Positions 30,570-40,138 of a DNA stretch of 64,000 nt are shown here, in pieces. A program made the translations under genes and the position numbers. The notes beneath the pieces are model-generated. The model had not been told where the DNA came from and searched no databases. It worked only from the letters and a program-made list of their open reading frames with translations. Source of the stretch: an uncultured Verrucomicrobiae bacterium (lineage in GTDB: Bacteria; Verrucomicrobiota; Verrucomicrobiia; Chthoniobacterales; JAFAMB01); assembly GCA_963846195.1 (NCBI GenBank), contig CAWJVG010000005.1, positions 689,677 to 753,676 of the forward strand. Direction: 5' to 3'. The stretch's first letter is position 1, and the number at the start of each line of letters is the position of its first letter.

Positions 30570-31730
30570 GTGAATCCGATTGAACTGTTCCTCGCAAAAC
30601 TCGAAGCGAGCGTAGCCAACGAAAGTTTTCGTAAGCTGACTTTGGGGAAGCTAAGGGGAGACCTTGATGGCGCGGAACACATCTATATCCGGGCGGTTAC
30701 CCTGAAGAGCGGGAAACACTTAAATTTCGTGCACCGTTATCCGGATCGCGATCTGATTCAAAATTATCATCTCCCGGAGGCGATCGTATTGGTGCGAGAT
30801 TGGTTAGGCCATTCTAGTTTTGCGGCGACCCTTTTCACAGTCGATCAGCGGCAGCAGCTTCTGTTCAATCGGCGTGGATCCCCTCGACTTTCCACCAGCT
30901 CTGCAGAACCCGTGGAAACTCCTTTGCAACATGATCGGGAAAAATCACGCCTGTTGCAGGACGAGACATTTCTGAAACACCTCGACGTCCTCGATCAATC
31001 CGGAAACCCGAAGACGCGGATGCACGACAAATACAGGCAGATCCATCATTTCGTTGAATTGCTGGCGCCTGCTCTGCGGACCCTGCCAACTGGAAGAGGA
31101 CTCAAGGTCGTCGATATGGGTTCAGGGAAAGGTTATCTTACATTCGCAACCTATGCTTTTCTCAAACAAGAGGGGTACAATGCCCAGGTGCTCGGCGTCG
31201 AAAAGCGTCGTGCTCTGGTCGATCTTTGTAACCGGATCGCTGCGCGGTGCGAATTCGGTGACCTTCGATTTGAGGTCGATGAAATTTCAAAAGTTCCGCT
31301 CTCCGGCGTCGACGTGGTGATCGCACTGCACGCGTGTGATACCGCAACCGATGACGCCATTTATCGAGGCATCAGCGCAAAAGCCCAATTGATTTTCCTG
31401 GCGCCCTGTTGCCACAAAGAGCTCCGACCGCAACTGATACCGCCCGACAACATTGCCCCTTTGTTCAGGCACGGAATCCAGGCAGAGAGGATGGCCGAAG
31501 GCATCACCGACGCGCTCAGATGCATGTGCCTCGAGGCCAGTGGATACTCGACAGTAATTCAGGAGTTCATCGCGCTGGAACATACAAAAAAGAACCTCTT
31601 GATCAGCGCCACAAAAAACCCAAAGACCGTCGACCGCAGCCTCCTGCGTAAAAAAGCTTCGGATTTCCAGTCGCTATTCGGAATCACCCATCAGCGCCTA
31701 TCCGATCTCCTGAACTCCTGCAACTTCTGA
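30570..31730 (+). CDS. class I SAM-dependent methyltransferase with uncharacterised N-terminal domain
   Basis: 386 aa with a GTG start. SAM motif I is VVDMGSGKGYL. The ~170-aa N-terminal region has no motif I recognise. Confidence 0.75.
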   Translation: MNPIELFLAKLEASVANESFRKLTLGKLRGDLDGAEHIYIRAVTLKSGKHLNFVHRYPDRDLIQNYHLPEAIVLVRDWLGHSSFAATLFTVDQRQQLLFNRRGSPRLSTSSAEPVETPLQHDREKSRLLQDETFLKHLDVLDQSGNPKTRMHDKYRQIHHFVELLAPALRTLPTGRGLKVVDMGSGKGYLTFATYAFLKQEGYNAQVLGVEKRRALVDLCNRIAARCEFGDLRFEVDEISKVPLSGVDVVIALHACDTATDDAIYRGISAKAQLIFLAPCCHKELRPQLIPPDNIAPLFRHGIQAERMAEGITDALRCMCLEASGYSTVIQEFIALEHTKKNLLISATKNPKTVDRSLLRKKASDFQSLFGITHQRLSDLLNSCNF

Positions 31731-31745
31731 CCCCTGAATTCCGCT

Positions 31746-33065
31746 CTAAAGCTTTTTCTTACGGCGGTACAACGTGGCAGGATCGACGCCGAGAATGGCT
31801 GCCGCCTCATCGATGGTTCGGGAATTAGCGATTACTCTCCTCATGTGTTCGTTGTCCAATTCTTCAAGCGTTACGCGCCCGCCGACCCGAAGTTCGGAAT
31901 CCATTTCCGTGATGTCGGCCAAATCGTCAGCGCCAATCTCATCTCCCCCTCCGAGGATCACAGCCCGCTCGATTAAATTGCGCAATTCGCGAAGATTGCC
32001 GGGCCAGTTGTACGATCGCATGGTCGTCAGAGCCTCTTGGGAAAATCCGCTAAATTGCTTTCCTGTTCGTTGAGCAAAAAAATCGAGATGCCGTTTCGCA
32101 ATCCGTTCCAAGTCCTGGAGACGCTCCCGCAGCGGCGGGAGACGCAGAGTGATCACGTTCAGACGGTAGTAAAGGTCTTCACGAAATCGGCCCTCACGAA
32201 CGGCTTCCGCAAGGTCACGGTTCGTTGCCGAAATGACCCGCACGTTCGCCCGGCGCGGTTTCGCCTCACCAACGCGCTCGTATTCCCGCTCCTGCAGCAG
32301 GCGCAATAACTTAGACTGGATTTCTAAAGGGAGATCGCCAATCTCATCGAGCAAAAGCGTCCCGCCATCTGCAATGGCAACTTTTCCTTGGGTCTCCGCC
32401 AGAGCGCCTGTAAACGCTCCTTTGACATGACCGAAGAGTTCGCTCTCCAGAAGTTCACGCGATAGACTCGGACAACTGACCGTAACAAATGCGCGCCCCC
32501 TGCGAGGGCTGCGAGCGTGCATTCCTTTCGCCAGAACGCTTTTGCCCGTGCCGCTTTCCCCAAGAATGAGTACAGTCGCATCGCTGTTCGCCGCCTTGAA
32601 AGCCATATCGGTCACCGCCTGCATCGCGGGCGAATCGGTTGTCAAATCGACTTCAGGCGACTCGGTACTGAGCTGCGATTCCAGTTCTACGACCCGATTT
32701 TCCAGCCGCTTTGTTCGTTCGATCCGGACAAGCAACTGTCGAACCTGATCCGGAGTGCAGGGTTTCGGGAGATAGTCAAAAGCACCGCGGCGCATCGCTT
32801 CGACTGCCGTCTCGATGGAAGCAAAGGCTGTGATCACCACGACTGCGGCCCGCGGCGCGATGCGCAAGATCTCTTCAAGCACAGCAAGCCCGTTCTCCTG
32901 GTGCAATTTCAAATCGAGAAAGACTACGTCGAAAGCCGAGTTCTTAAGCTCTTTATACGCTTCTGCTCCTGAAGCTGCGGGAACGACTTCGTGATCCATC
33001 GACTCGAGTGCCATGGCCATCGTTCTCCGGATGTTTTTTTCGTCGTCGACTACTAAAATCCGCAT
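31746..33065 (-). CDS. sigma-54-dependent response regulator (NtrC family)
   Basis: 439 aa. It has a REC domain (MRILVVDDE, DVVFLDLKL), an AAA+ domain with GESGTGKS, GAFTGA and ESELFGH, and a C-terminal HTH. Confidence 0.9.
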   Translation of the reverse strand: MRILVVDDEKNIRRTMAMALESMDHEVVPAASGAEAYKELKNSAFDVVFLDLKLHQENGLAVLEEILRIAPRAAVVVITAFASIETAVEAMRRGAFDYLPKPCTPDQVRQLLVRIERTKRLENRVVELESQLSTESPEVDLTTDSPAMQAVTDMAFKAANSDATVLILGESGTGKSVLAKGMHARSPRRGRAFVTVSCPSLSRELLESELFGHVKGAFTGALAETQGKVAIADGGTLLLDEIGDLPLEIQSKLLRLLQEREYERVGEAKPRRANVRVISATNRDLAEAVREGRFREDLYYRLNVITLRLPPLRERLQDLERIAKRHLDFFAQRTGKQFSGFSQEALTTMRSYNWPGNLRELRNLIERAVILGGGDEIGADDLADITEMDSELRVGGRVTLEELDNEHMRRVIANSRTIDEAAAILGVDPATLYRRKKKL

Positions 33066-33432
33066 ACCCTTTAATTGCTCCTAATCTGGCAACAGTTCGT
33101 AAGAATCGCAATTTTCTGGCCAACCCTGCTTTCTGCATCGGAAGGACGCGATTCAATCAGCATCCAGAGACCGGGAAGCCCGGCGTCCCATTTCTGGAAC
33201 GCCCAAACTCAGGCAACTTCTGATCTTCTAGATTTGCGCTTCTCGGCTCCCGCGATTCCGTAGTCCTCCAGGTTTCCGTCTGCCCGGTAGCCGCACTGGC
33301 AACGGAAAAACGAAGTTATTCCGCAAAATAAAGCATCGGGTTTGAAAAAAAACGATTTGGTTCGCTTGACATGTAAAACTTTGGCCTGTTAATGCTTAGG
33401 AAGTTTACTCCCACCTCGAAAGGTCTCCCCCG

Positions 33433-34728
33433 ATGCTCTCCCAAACACACTCTCTTAGGCGAAATGCCCTCCGATGGTTCAGTTCACTAGCTGTTGCCTC
33501 TTTGTTTACTCCCACCGTTTTCGGTGCCGGTGCCACTGTCCGGTTCGCCGGCGACTCCGACGTTGGAGAAGGCGGTCGTTGGACCAGAGCGGCCGCTGAA
33601 GAGTGGGCGCAGAAGACGGGCAATAAGATCGAATATATCAGCAGGCCCAATGACGCTTCCGCCACCCTTCAGTTATTCCAACAGTACTGGGCGGCAAAAA
33701 GCGGCGATGTCGACGTTTTTATGGTCGACGTGATCTGGCAAGGCATAGCAGCCCCGCACGCCGTTGATCTGAAGAAGTACTACAAGGAAGATGAAATCAA
33801 AGCCTTCTTCCCGCGTATCATCCAGAACAACACGGTTGGCGGCAAGCTGGTGTCTATCCCATGGTTCACAGACGCGGGTTTACTCTATTACCGCACCGAT
33901 CTTTTGGAGAAATACGGGTACAAAGAACCGCCCAAGACCTGGGAAGAACTCACTGAGATGGCGAAAAAGATCCAGGACGGTGAGCGCAAGGCTGGCAACG
34001 CCGATTTTCAAGGGTTTGTTTTCGAGGGCAAAGCAAGTGAAAGCGTGACCTGCAATGCGATCGAATGGGTCTACAGCTATGGCGGTGGTGATATCATCGA
34101 GCCCGACAAAAAAGTCACCATCAACAATCCGAAGGCGATCAAGGCGCTTGAGACCGCGAAAAGCTGGGTGGGAACTATTTCACCCCTTGGTGTCACCACC
34201 TACGGCGAAGAAGAAGCCCGTAACCTCTGGCAGGCCGGCAACGCTGCCTTTATGCGCAACTGGCCCTATGCCTACGCGCTAGGTCAAGATCCCAAGAGCG
34301 TTATTTCAGGCAAATTTGATATCTCGGTTTTGCCGAAAGGTGGAGACGATGGCAAGAATGCAGCGTGCCTGGGCGGCTGGCAACTAATGGTTTCTGCCTA
34401 TTCAAAAGTGCCTGACGCGGCGGCGGACCTTGTCAAATATCTGACCAGCCAGGATGAGCAGAAGAAGCATTCAATCGCTCTGAGTCAACTCCCGACCCTC
34501 CCGGCGCTGTACGCGGATTCGGATGTCCTGGCGAAGGCTCCGTTTTTCAAGAATATTCTGCCCGTACTCGAAAACGCTGTCGCTCGACCTTCAACGGTCA
34601 CCGGAGCCGACTACAATCAGCTTTCGACTGTCTTTTTTCAAAGCGTGAATAAGGTGCTAAGCGGCGGACAGTCCGCAAAAGACGCGGTTGTTGCAGTTGA
34701 AAAAGTGGCGAAGCGCCTTGTCCACTAA
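33433..34728 (+). CDS. sugar ABC transporter substrate-binding protein (trehalose/maltose-type family 1 SBP)
   Basis: 431 aa with a signal peptide. WFTDAGLLYYRTDLLEKYG and FMRNWPYAY resemble family-1 sugar SBPs. The substrate is not assignable. Confidence 0.8.
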   Translation: MLSQTHSLRRNALRWFSSLAVASLFTPTVFGAGATVRFAGDSDVGEGGRWTRAAAEEWAQKTGNKIEYISRPNDASATLQLFQQYWAAKSGDVDVFMVDVIWQGIAAPHAVDLKKYYKEDEIKAFFPRIIQNNTVGGKLVSIPWFTDAGLLYYRTDLLEKYGYKEPPKTWEELTEMAKKIQDGERKAGNADFQGFVFEGKASESVTCNAIEWVYSYGGGDIIEPDKKVTINNPKAIKALETAKSWVGTISPLGVTTYGEEEARNLWQAGNAAFMRNWPYAYALGQDPKSVISGKFDISVLPKGGDDGKNAACLGGWQLMVSAYSKVPDAAADLVKYLTSQDEQKKHSIALSQLPTLPALYADSDVLAKAPFFKNILPVLENAVARPSTVTGADYNQLSTVFFQSVNKVLSGGQSAKDAVVAVEKVAKRLVH

Positions 34729-34752
34729 GTTCGGTCCACACTAGCTTTCAAC

Positions 34753-35640
34753 GTGGCAAGAGAAATTGATCTCCTAGAGCGCCAAAAACGCCTGGCGTGG
34801 TGGCTGATCCTCCCATCAGTCTTCGTGGTCTTCCTGGTGATTGGGTTTCCACTCGTCCAGGTGATTTGGTACTCGTTCGAGAAATACAAGCTCGATGGGG
34901 TCACTCCACAAAGCTTCGTCGGGTTTGACAATTATCTCTTTATCTTTACCGACAGCGATTTTTGGAGTGCGGTCTGGGTGACACTGATATTCACGTTTTT
35001 CTCTGTCACGATCGAAGCTGTCTTAGGGCTGGCCGTTGCGTTGGTCGCAAATTCGAAGTTTAAGGGCCGGAGCTTTTTACGGGTTGCTATCCTCATTCCA
35101 TGGGCGATCCCGACCGTCGTGTCGTCCCAGATATGGGCATGGATGTTCAATGACATTTATGGAGTCGTGAATGTCATCCTGGCTAGTATGCATTTTATTC
35201 CGCATAAGCTCGCATGGCTGTCGAAACCCGAGACGGCGCTGCCCGTTATTGTCGCGGTCGATGTTTGGAAGACGACACCTTTCATGTCCCTTCTTCTACT
35301 CGCTGGATTGCAGTTGATTCCCGGCGACTTGTACGAAGCCGCGTCCATCGATGGCGCAACCGGGATCCGAAAGTTTTTTGCGGTAACGCTTCCCCTCGTG
35401 ACACCGACATTGCTCGTTGCTCTGATCTTCAGAACGCTCGATGCATTACGCGTGTTCGATATCTTTTACATCATGGTTGGAGGCCAAGGGAACATGGCGA
35501 CCGTAGCGGTCTACAACCAGAAATATCTGATCCAATTCTTGGATGCCGGGGTTGGTTCTGCGACTTCCGTCACCATTCTGATATTCATCATGATCTTCGT
35601 GATAGTTTACACTCGCTTTAGCAAGACCAGCTTCGAATGA
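34753..35640 (+). CDS. sugar ABC transporter permease
   Basis: 295 aa with a GTG start and 6 TM. The EAA-type loop is YEAASIDGATGIRKFFAVTLP. Confidence 0.88.
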   Translation: MAREIDLLERQKRLAWWLILPSVFVVFLVIGFPLVQVIWYSFEKYKLDGVTPQSFVGFDNYLFIFTDSDFWSAVWVTLIFTFFSVTIEAVLGLAVALVANSKFKGRSFLRVAILIPWAIPTVVSSQIWAWMFNDIYGVVNVILASMHFIPHKLAWLSKPETALPVIVAVDVWKTTPFMSLLLLAGLQLIPGDLYEAASIDGATGIRKFFAVTLPLVTPTLLVALIFRTLDALRVFDIFYIMVGGQGNMATVAVYNQKYLIQFLDAGVGSATSVTILIFIMIFVIVYTRFSKTSFE

Positions 35641-36479
35641 AAGACCAAGATAATAAGTCCCTGTTGCTGCGAGTCTTGTTTTACCTGCTCGTGCTTGTGA
35701 TTCTCGTTTTTAACCTGTTCCCATTCGTTTATGCGCTCGTGTCTTCGTTCCGGCCCAGCAGCGATCTTTTCTCGACCAGCCTCTGGCCGAAAGCACTTGG
35801 CTTTGATCATTACCAGCAGGTCTTCAAAGATGCTCGCTTTGTTGGGAGCCTGATCAATTCCATTATTGTCGCAGGTTCTACCGTGTTGATCTCGCTAGCG
35901 CTCGGAAGCGTTTGTGCGTATGCGCTCGGACGCCTTCCGTTTCGTTTCAAGGCTGCCGTGCTCTATTTGGTCCTCACGATGACCATGTTCCCGCAGATCT
36001 CGGTGTTGTCGGGCTTGTTCGTGATGTTGAAGGGTTTGGACCTCTTCAATACCCGTCAAGGGCTTATAATGACTTATCTGATTTTCACGATGCCGTTCAC
36101 GATCTGGGTTATGACTCAGTATTTCCGCAGCCTGCCGAAAGAGCTCGAGGAGGCTGCCTATGTGGACGGGGCGTCGCCCCTGACTGTCTTCTGGCAGATC
36201 TTGTTGCCATTAACGATGCCCGGGTTGGTCTCGACCGGACTGCTTGCCTTCATTGCCGCCTGGAACGAATTTTTGTTCGCCCTGACGTTCACCGTCACGG
36301 ATACCATGAAGACCGTCCCTGTCGTTATTTCTCAATTCAGCGGCTCGACCGCATTCGAGCAGCCTTGGGGTTCAATTATGGCGGCTTCCATGGTCGTGAC
36401 AATCCCGCTCGTCATTCTGGTCATGATCTTCCAGTACCGGATCGTGGCTGGTCTCACAGCCGGGGCCGTGAAAGGATAG
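35637..36479 (+). CDS. sugar ABC transporter permease
   Basis: 280 aa, overlapping the upstream permease by 4 nt. The EAA loop is EEAAYVDGASPLTVFWQILLP. Confidence 0.88.
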   Translation: MKDQDNKSLLLRVLFYLLVLVILVFNLFPFVYALVSSFRPSSDLFSTSLWPKALGFDHYQQVFKDARFVGSLINSIIVAGSTVLISLALGSVCAYALGRLPFRFKAAVLYLVLTMTMFPQISVLSGLFVMLKGLDLFNTRQGLIMTYLIFTMPFTIWVMTQYFRSLPKELEEAAYVDGASPLTVFWQILLPLTMPGLVSTGLLAFIAAWNEFLFALTFTVTDTMKTVPVVISQFSGSTAFEQPWGSIMAASMVVTIPLVILVMIFQYRIVAGLTAGAVKG

Positions 36480-36498
36480 CGATTTCCACCCCGACGTA

Positions 36499-36519
36499 GC
36501 ACGGGCTTCCGGCTTGTAC
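36499..36519 (+). terminator. candidate RNA stem-loop after the ABC permease operon
   Basis: GCACGGGC-TTCC-GGCTTGT is a near copy of the 4115-4133 hairpin. The two differences give G-U pairs only in the plus-strand RNA. Confidence 0.3.
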
Positions 36520-36718
36520 CGAGAGGTCACTGTACATTGCCTTGAGTAAATCGGCAGCGACCTGGAGTGCTACGATGCTGCCGGTCAATCGGCGCAGGAC
36601 ACAGGCGGGACGCCTATGCTACCTTACTGGCGCACAGGCACTCTGACCGGTGCTCCAGACCTTAAGTAAAGGTACTGGGTGAGGAGAATCCTCCGGTACC
36701 GCCAGAAAAGCCCGAGAG

Positions 36719-37804
36719 ATGGCATTTAGATTTGATATCGAAGAGACATTCCTCAAAGCGATACCACGAATTGCGCGGGAACGGATCGACCGAGTCATCA
36801 ATTCGCTCAGTGAAAAACCGCGGCCGGGTGCAGAGTCTATTCATGACGCGAGGAAGAACTTGAAATCCCTTCGTGCTCTGTTGCGACTGGCACGCGGATC
36901 GATCGATGACGGCGTCAGGCTCCGTGAAAATGCCCTTTTTCGAGACTCGGGAAGATCGCTCTCAGCCATCCGGGATCCTCAAGCGCTTCTGGAAGCCATG
37001 GAATACTTTAGCAAACGGCTGCACAGTGGCTCCAGGCCCGCGACGCAGAAACAGGAATCGATTCGCGCGTTCATCAAAAAAATCCAGGCTGAAATCCAAC
37101 GGGACCTGGTCGATGGAATTCCTTCAGGATCAGCCAGAAAACTTGTGCGGGAGCTCCGCGACGCAAAACGTCGTGCCCCTCTATGGTTCGAAGGTGTCTT
37201 GCTGCGGCCGGGAAATGAATGGGAGACTTTTGTCGGGACCGGACTCCGGCAAACCTACCGGAAAGCAAAGAACCTCGTCTGGCAGTTTGAAATCATGGGT
37301 CGCGAAAAGGCGGACGATCCAGCTTGGCACGAGCTGAGGAAATGCGCCAAAGCCTTGGGCTACCAATTGCGGTTGCTCAAACCGATCTGGCCCGGAATGA
37401 TGGATAGTTTGGTGGAGGAGATCGATCAATTAACCGATCGCCTAGGGGATGCCAATGACCTCGCCATCCTGCAAGGAAAGATTTTGAATCAACCGTATGA
37501 CCCTTCAGAAACGAAAGAGTCCGGGGAGCCTCGTCGGTATTTCCTGCAAATGCTGGATCGGCGAAAGCAAAAGCTGCACTCAGAAGCCTTCGAGATTGCA
37601 CGGGTGATCTACGCGGAAAAACCGGGCCAGTTTGAGCGTCGGCTCGCGGGATACTGGCACATCTGGCGATCGCACGGCGACGCGAAAGAGGCCACCCGCT
37701 CGGCTAACGGCGACGCTCAAGCGGGACACCAAGGTGACAGAGATAGCGAATCCGAAGCGCAAACAGAAATACCGGCGTCCTCTCCTGTGATCAGCGCGGA
37801 CTGA
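36719..37804 (+). CDS. CHAD domain-containing protein
   Basis: 361 aa. Repeated helical His/Arg/Lys motifs are present (HDARKNLKSLRALLRLAR, HELRKCAKALGYQLRLL). The C-terminal tail is acidic and low-complexity. Confidence 0.8.
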   Translation: MAFRFDIEETFLKAIPRIARERIDRVINSLSEKPRPGAESIHDARKNLKSLRALLRLARGSIDDGVRLRENALFRDSGRSLSAIRDPQALLEAMEYFSKRLHSGSRPATQKQESIRAFIKKIQAEIQRDLVDGIPSGSARKLVRELRDAKRRAPLWFEGVLLRPGNEWETFVGTGLRQTYRKAKNLVWQFEIMGREKADDPAWHELRKCAKALGYQLRLLKPIWPGMMDSLVEEIDQLTDRLGDANDLAILQGKILNQPYDPSETKESGEPRRYFLQMLDRRKQKLHSEAFEIARVIYAEKPGQFERRLAGYWHIWRSHGDAKEATRSANGDAQAGHQGDRDSESEAQTEIPASSPVISAD

Positions 37805-37831
37805 GAGTTGCGCCTCTCCGAGAGAATTCCA

Positions 37832-39522
37832 ATGACGGCCAGGATTTCTTTTGCGGGACCAAAATATGTGCGGACAGCCTCCTCCTGGCTCAATCCGATG
37901 GGGCAACATGGTACTGTTACCGCTCCTCACTATCTTGCCTCACAGGCAGGGCTTTGCGTTTTGCAGAAAGGAGGCAACGCTGTCGATGGAGCTATTGCCG
38001 CAGCCTCAACTCTTTCGGTTGTCTATCCCCACATGGCGGCGCTTGGCGGGGATAATTTCTGGCTGATCTACAACTCGGAGACTGGAGAATTGCGCGGCCT
38101 CAATGCCAGCGGGCGTGCAGGACGGAAGGCAACAGTCAGCTTCTATGCCAGCAAAAATTCCAAACGCATCCCGCCGCGGGGATATTACGCGGCGAATACC
38201 GTGCCCGGTTGCGTATCGGGATGGAGCGAAGCGTTCCGGTATAGCAGGGACACGCTTCGTACAAAAATGCCCTGGGAAGATCTCTTCGCGGATGCGATTC
38301 GGTACGCTGCAGCCGGATGCCCGGTCAGCACTTCCCTTGAAAAATGGCTGAGGATTAACATCAACACCGCCAACCTGGAGCTCAATAACCTTCAACAATT
38401 TCGCGGCTTTCGGGAAACTTTCCTGAAATCGGACGGATCACCTTATCAAATCGGGGAGATATTGCGGCAACCTGATCTGGCCTCAACACTTCGGGTTCTG
38501 GCAGAGCAGGGTCCCGAGGAATTCTACGTGGGTGAAATTGCCCGGAAGATCGTAGCTGACCTGGAGGCCCACGATGGAATGCTCTCTCTAAACGATTTTG
38601 CGCGTCATCAAGCGGACTGGGTGCAACCCATTTCTGTGCCCTATCGAAATGATCTCGCGTTCAATTTGCCACCCAACTCGCAAGGAATGGCTTCTCTTTC
38701 CATCCTGAATATTCTCAACCAATTCGAGGCCGCGGAATTTCCTGAAGGCTCCGACCGCGTATTACCATCTGATAATCGAAGCCACGAAAGAAGCTTTTCG
38801 CGATCGCGATCGGTATCTAACCGACCCCTCATTTCAAAATATCCCTTTGGAAGAGATTCTTTCCACCGAACACGCAAGAGAGCAAGCAGCACGTATTCGT
38901 TCCGGACGACTGGCGTCGATGGGTAATCCAAACCCGCTCGACCCAATGGGTGATACCGTCTGGCTTGGCGTCGTTGATCAGGCCGGAAACGCAGTCTCGC
39001 TGATTCAGAGCATCTATCACGATTTCGGCTCGGCAATCGTGCCTGCGGGAACCGGGGTGCTGCTCCAGAATCGGGGTTGTTTTTTTTCTCTCGAGCCGAG
39101 CCATGTCAACAGGCTGGAACCGGGTAAACGCACTTTCCACACGCTGAATCCCGCGATGCTCTTCCGCGGCGGTAAGCCATTTCTCATTTACGGAACGATG
39201 GGCGGCGAAGGACAACCGCAAACTCAGACCGCGATTGTCACACGCATCGTCGACCACAAGCTCTCGCCTCAAGACGCCATCGAAGCACCCCGGTGGCTAT
39301 ATGGACGAAGCTGGGGTGTACCCACAAATAACGTTAAACTGGAGTCCCGTATTCCTGAAGACGTCGCAGACACTCTTCGCCGGCAAGGCCATTCCATCGA
39401 AATTGTCGAACCCTACGCAGCATATCATGGGCCATGCCGGCGCCATCCTCATCGACCAGCAAACTCCGCTGCATTATGGTGCCAGCGACCCGCGCAGCGA
39501 CGGAACGGTCGTCTGCCATTGA
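37832..39522 (+). pseudogene. ggt: gamma-glutamyltransferase family protein with two frame breaks (~38759 and ~39420-39427)
   Basis: The gene lies in three consecutive frames. Segment 1 runs ...HYLASQAGLCVLQKGGNAVDGAIAA...EFPEGSDR. Segment 2 runs YYHLIIEATKEAFRDRDRYLTDP...GDTVWLGVVDQAGNAVSLIQS...GTMGGEGQPQ...EPYAA. Segment 3 runs MGHAGAILIDQQTPLHYGASDPRSDGTVVCH*. Each junction needs one nucleotide removed. The start could be TTG 37808, ATG 37832 or ATG 37898. Confidence 0.88.
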
Positions 39523-39629
39523 ACGGAAAGCCTGAAGACGAGAGGTTGAGCAACGGATCACACAGGTTGCAGAGGATCGCAGCCACTCTTGCTGGTTGCT
39601 TCGTTCGGCCATTGCGTACATTGTGAATC

Positions 39630-40073
39630 GTGAGCCGAAAAACCCGTACGTTCCGCCTGCGGCTTCTCGAAGGCCAGATTGGTGAGGTAGCTTACCAGAT
39701 TACGAAGGTCCATTTCTCGAATTTTCGTGATTCCGGCGTTCAGTGGCGCCCTCCGATCAACGTTTTCCAATGCGCTTCCTGCTTTCGGATATGCGTCGAA
39801 TTAGCCGGCGTTGAATCCAACCAGATCGAAGTTGAAGTGGGTTTAGGTCGCATCTGGATCCGAGGATACCGGGAAGCTCCTGAACCGCTGCAGCAACAGG
39901 AGATGTCCCTCGCGACAACGCGCAAGGCGGTACGGGTTGTTACCATGGAGATCGACCACGGCCAGTTCGAGCGGGAGGTCGAGATTCCCCCGGGTTATGA
40001 TCAAGGCAGAATCGCGACTGAGTGGGAAAACGGACTTTTGTGGATATTGCTGCCGCGAATTGCGCACGCCTGA
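39630..40073 (+). CDS. Hsp20/alpha-crystallin family small heat-shock protein
   Basis: 147 aa with a GTG start. The alpha-crystallin domain runs PPINVF...ELAGV...IEVEV ... ATEWENGLLWILLPR. Confidence 0.85.
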   Translation: MSRKTRTFRLRLLEGQIGEVAYQITKVHFSNFRDSGVQWRPPINVFQCASCFRICVELAGVESNQIEVEVGLGRIWIRGYREAPEPLQQQEMSLATTRKAVRVVTMEIDHGQFEREVEIPPGYDQGRIATEWENGLLWILLPRIAHA

Positions 40074-40138
40074 ATCGTGGATCTCCCCGATCTACTCAGC
40101 ATCTGCGATACCTTAACGCATTCCCTCCCTACCATCTC

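Noticed and set aside
33382-33396. Sigma-54-like promoter TGGCCT-N-ATGCT upstream of the sugar SBP gene
   Set aside because: The GG-to-GC spacing is 9 nt instead of the required 10, and the -12 element is ATGC rather than TTGC. That is too weak to call.
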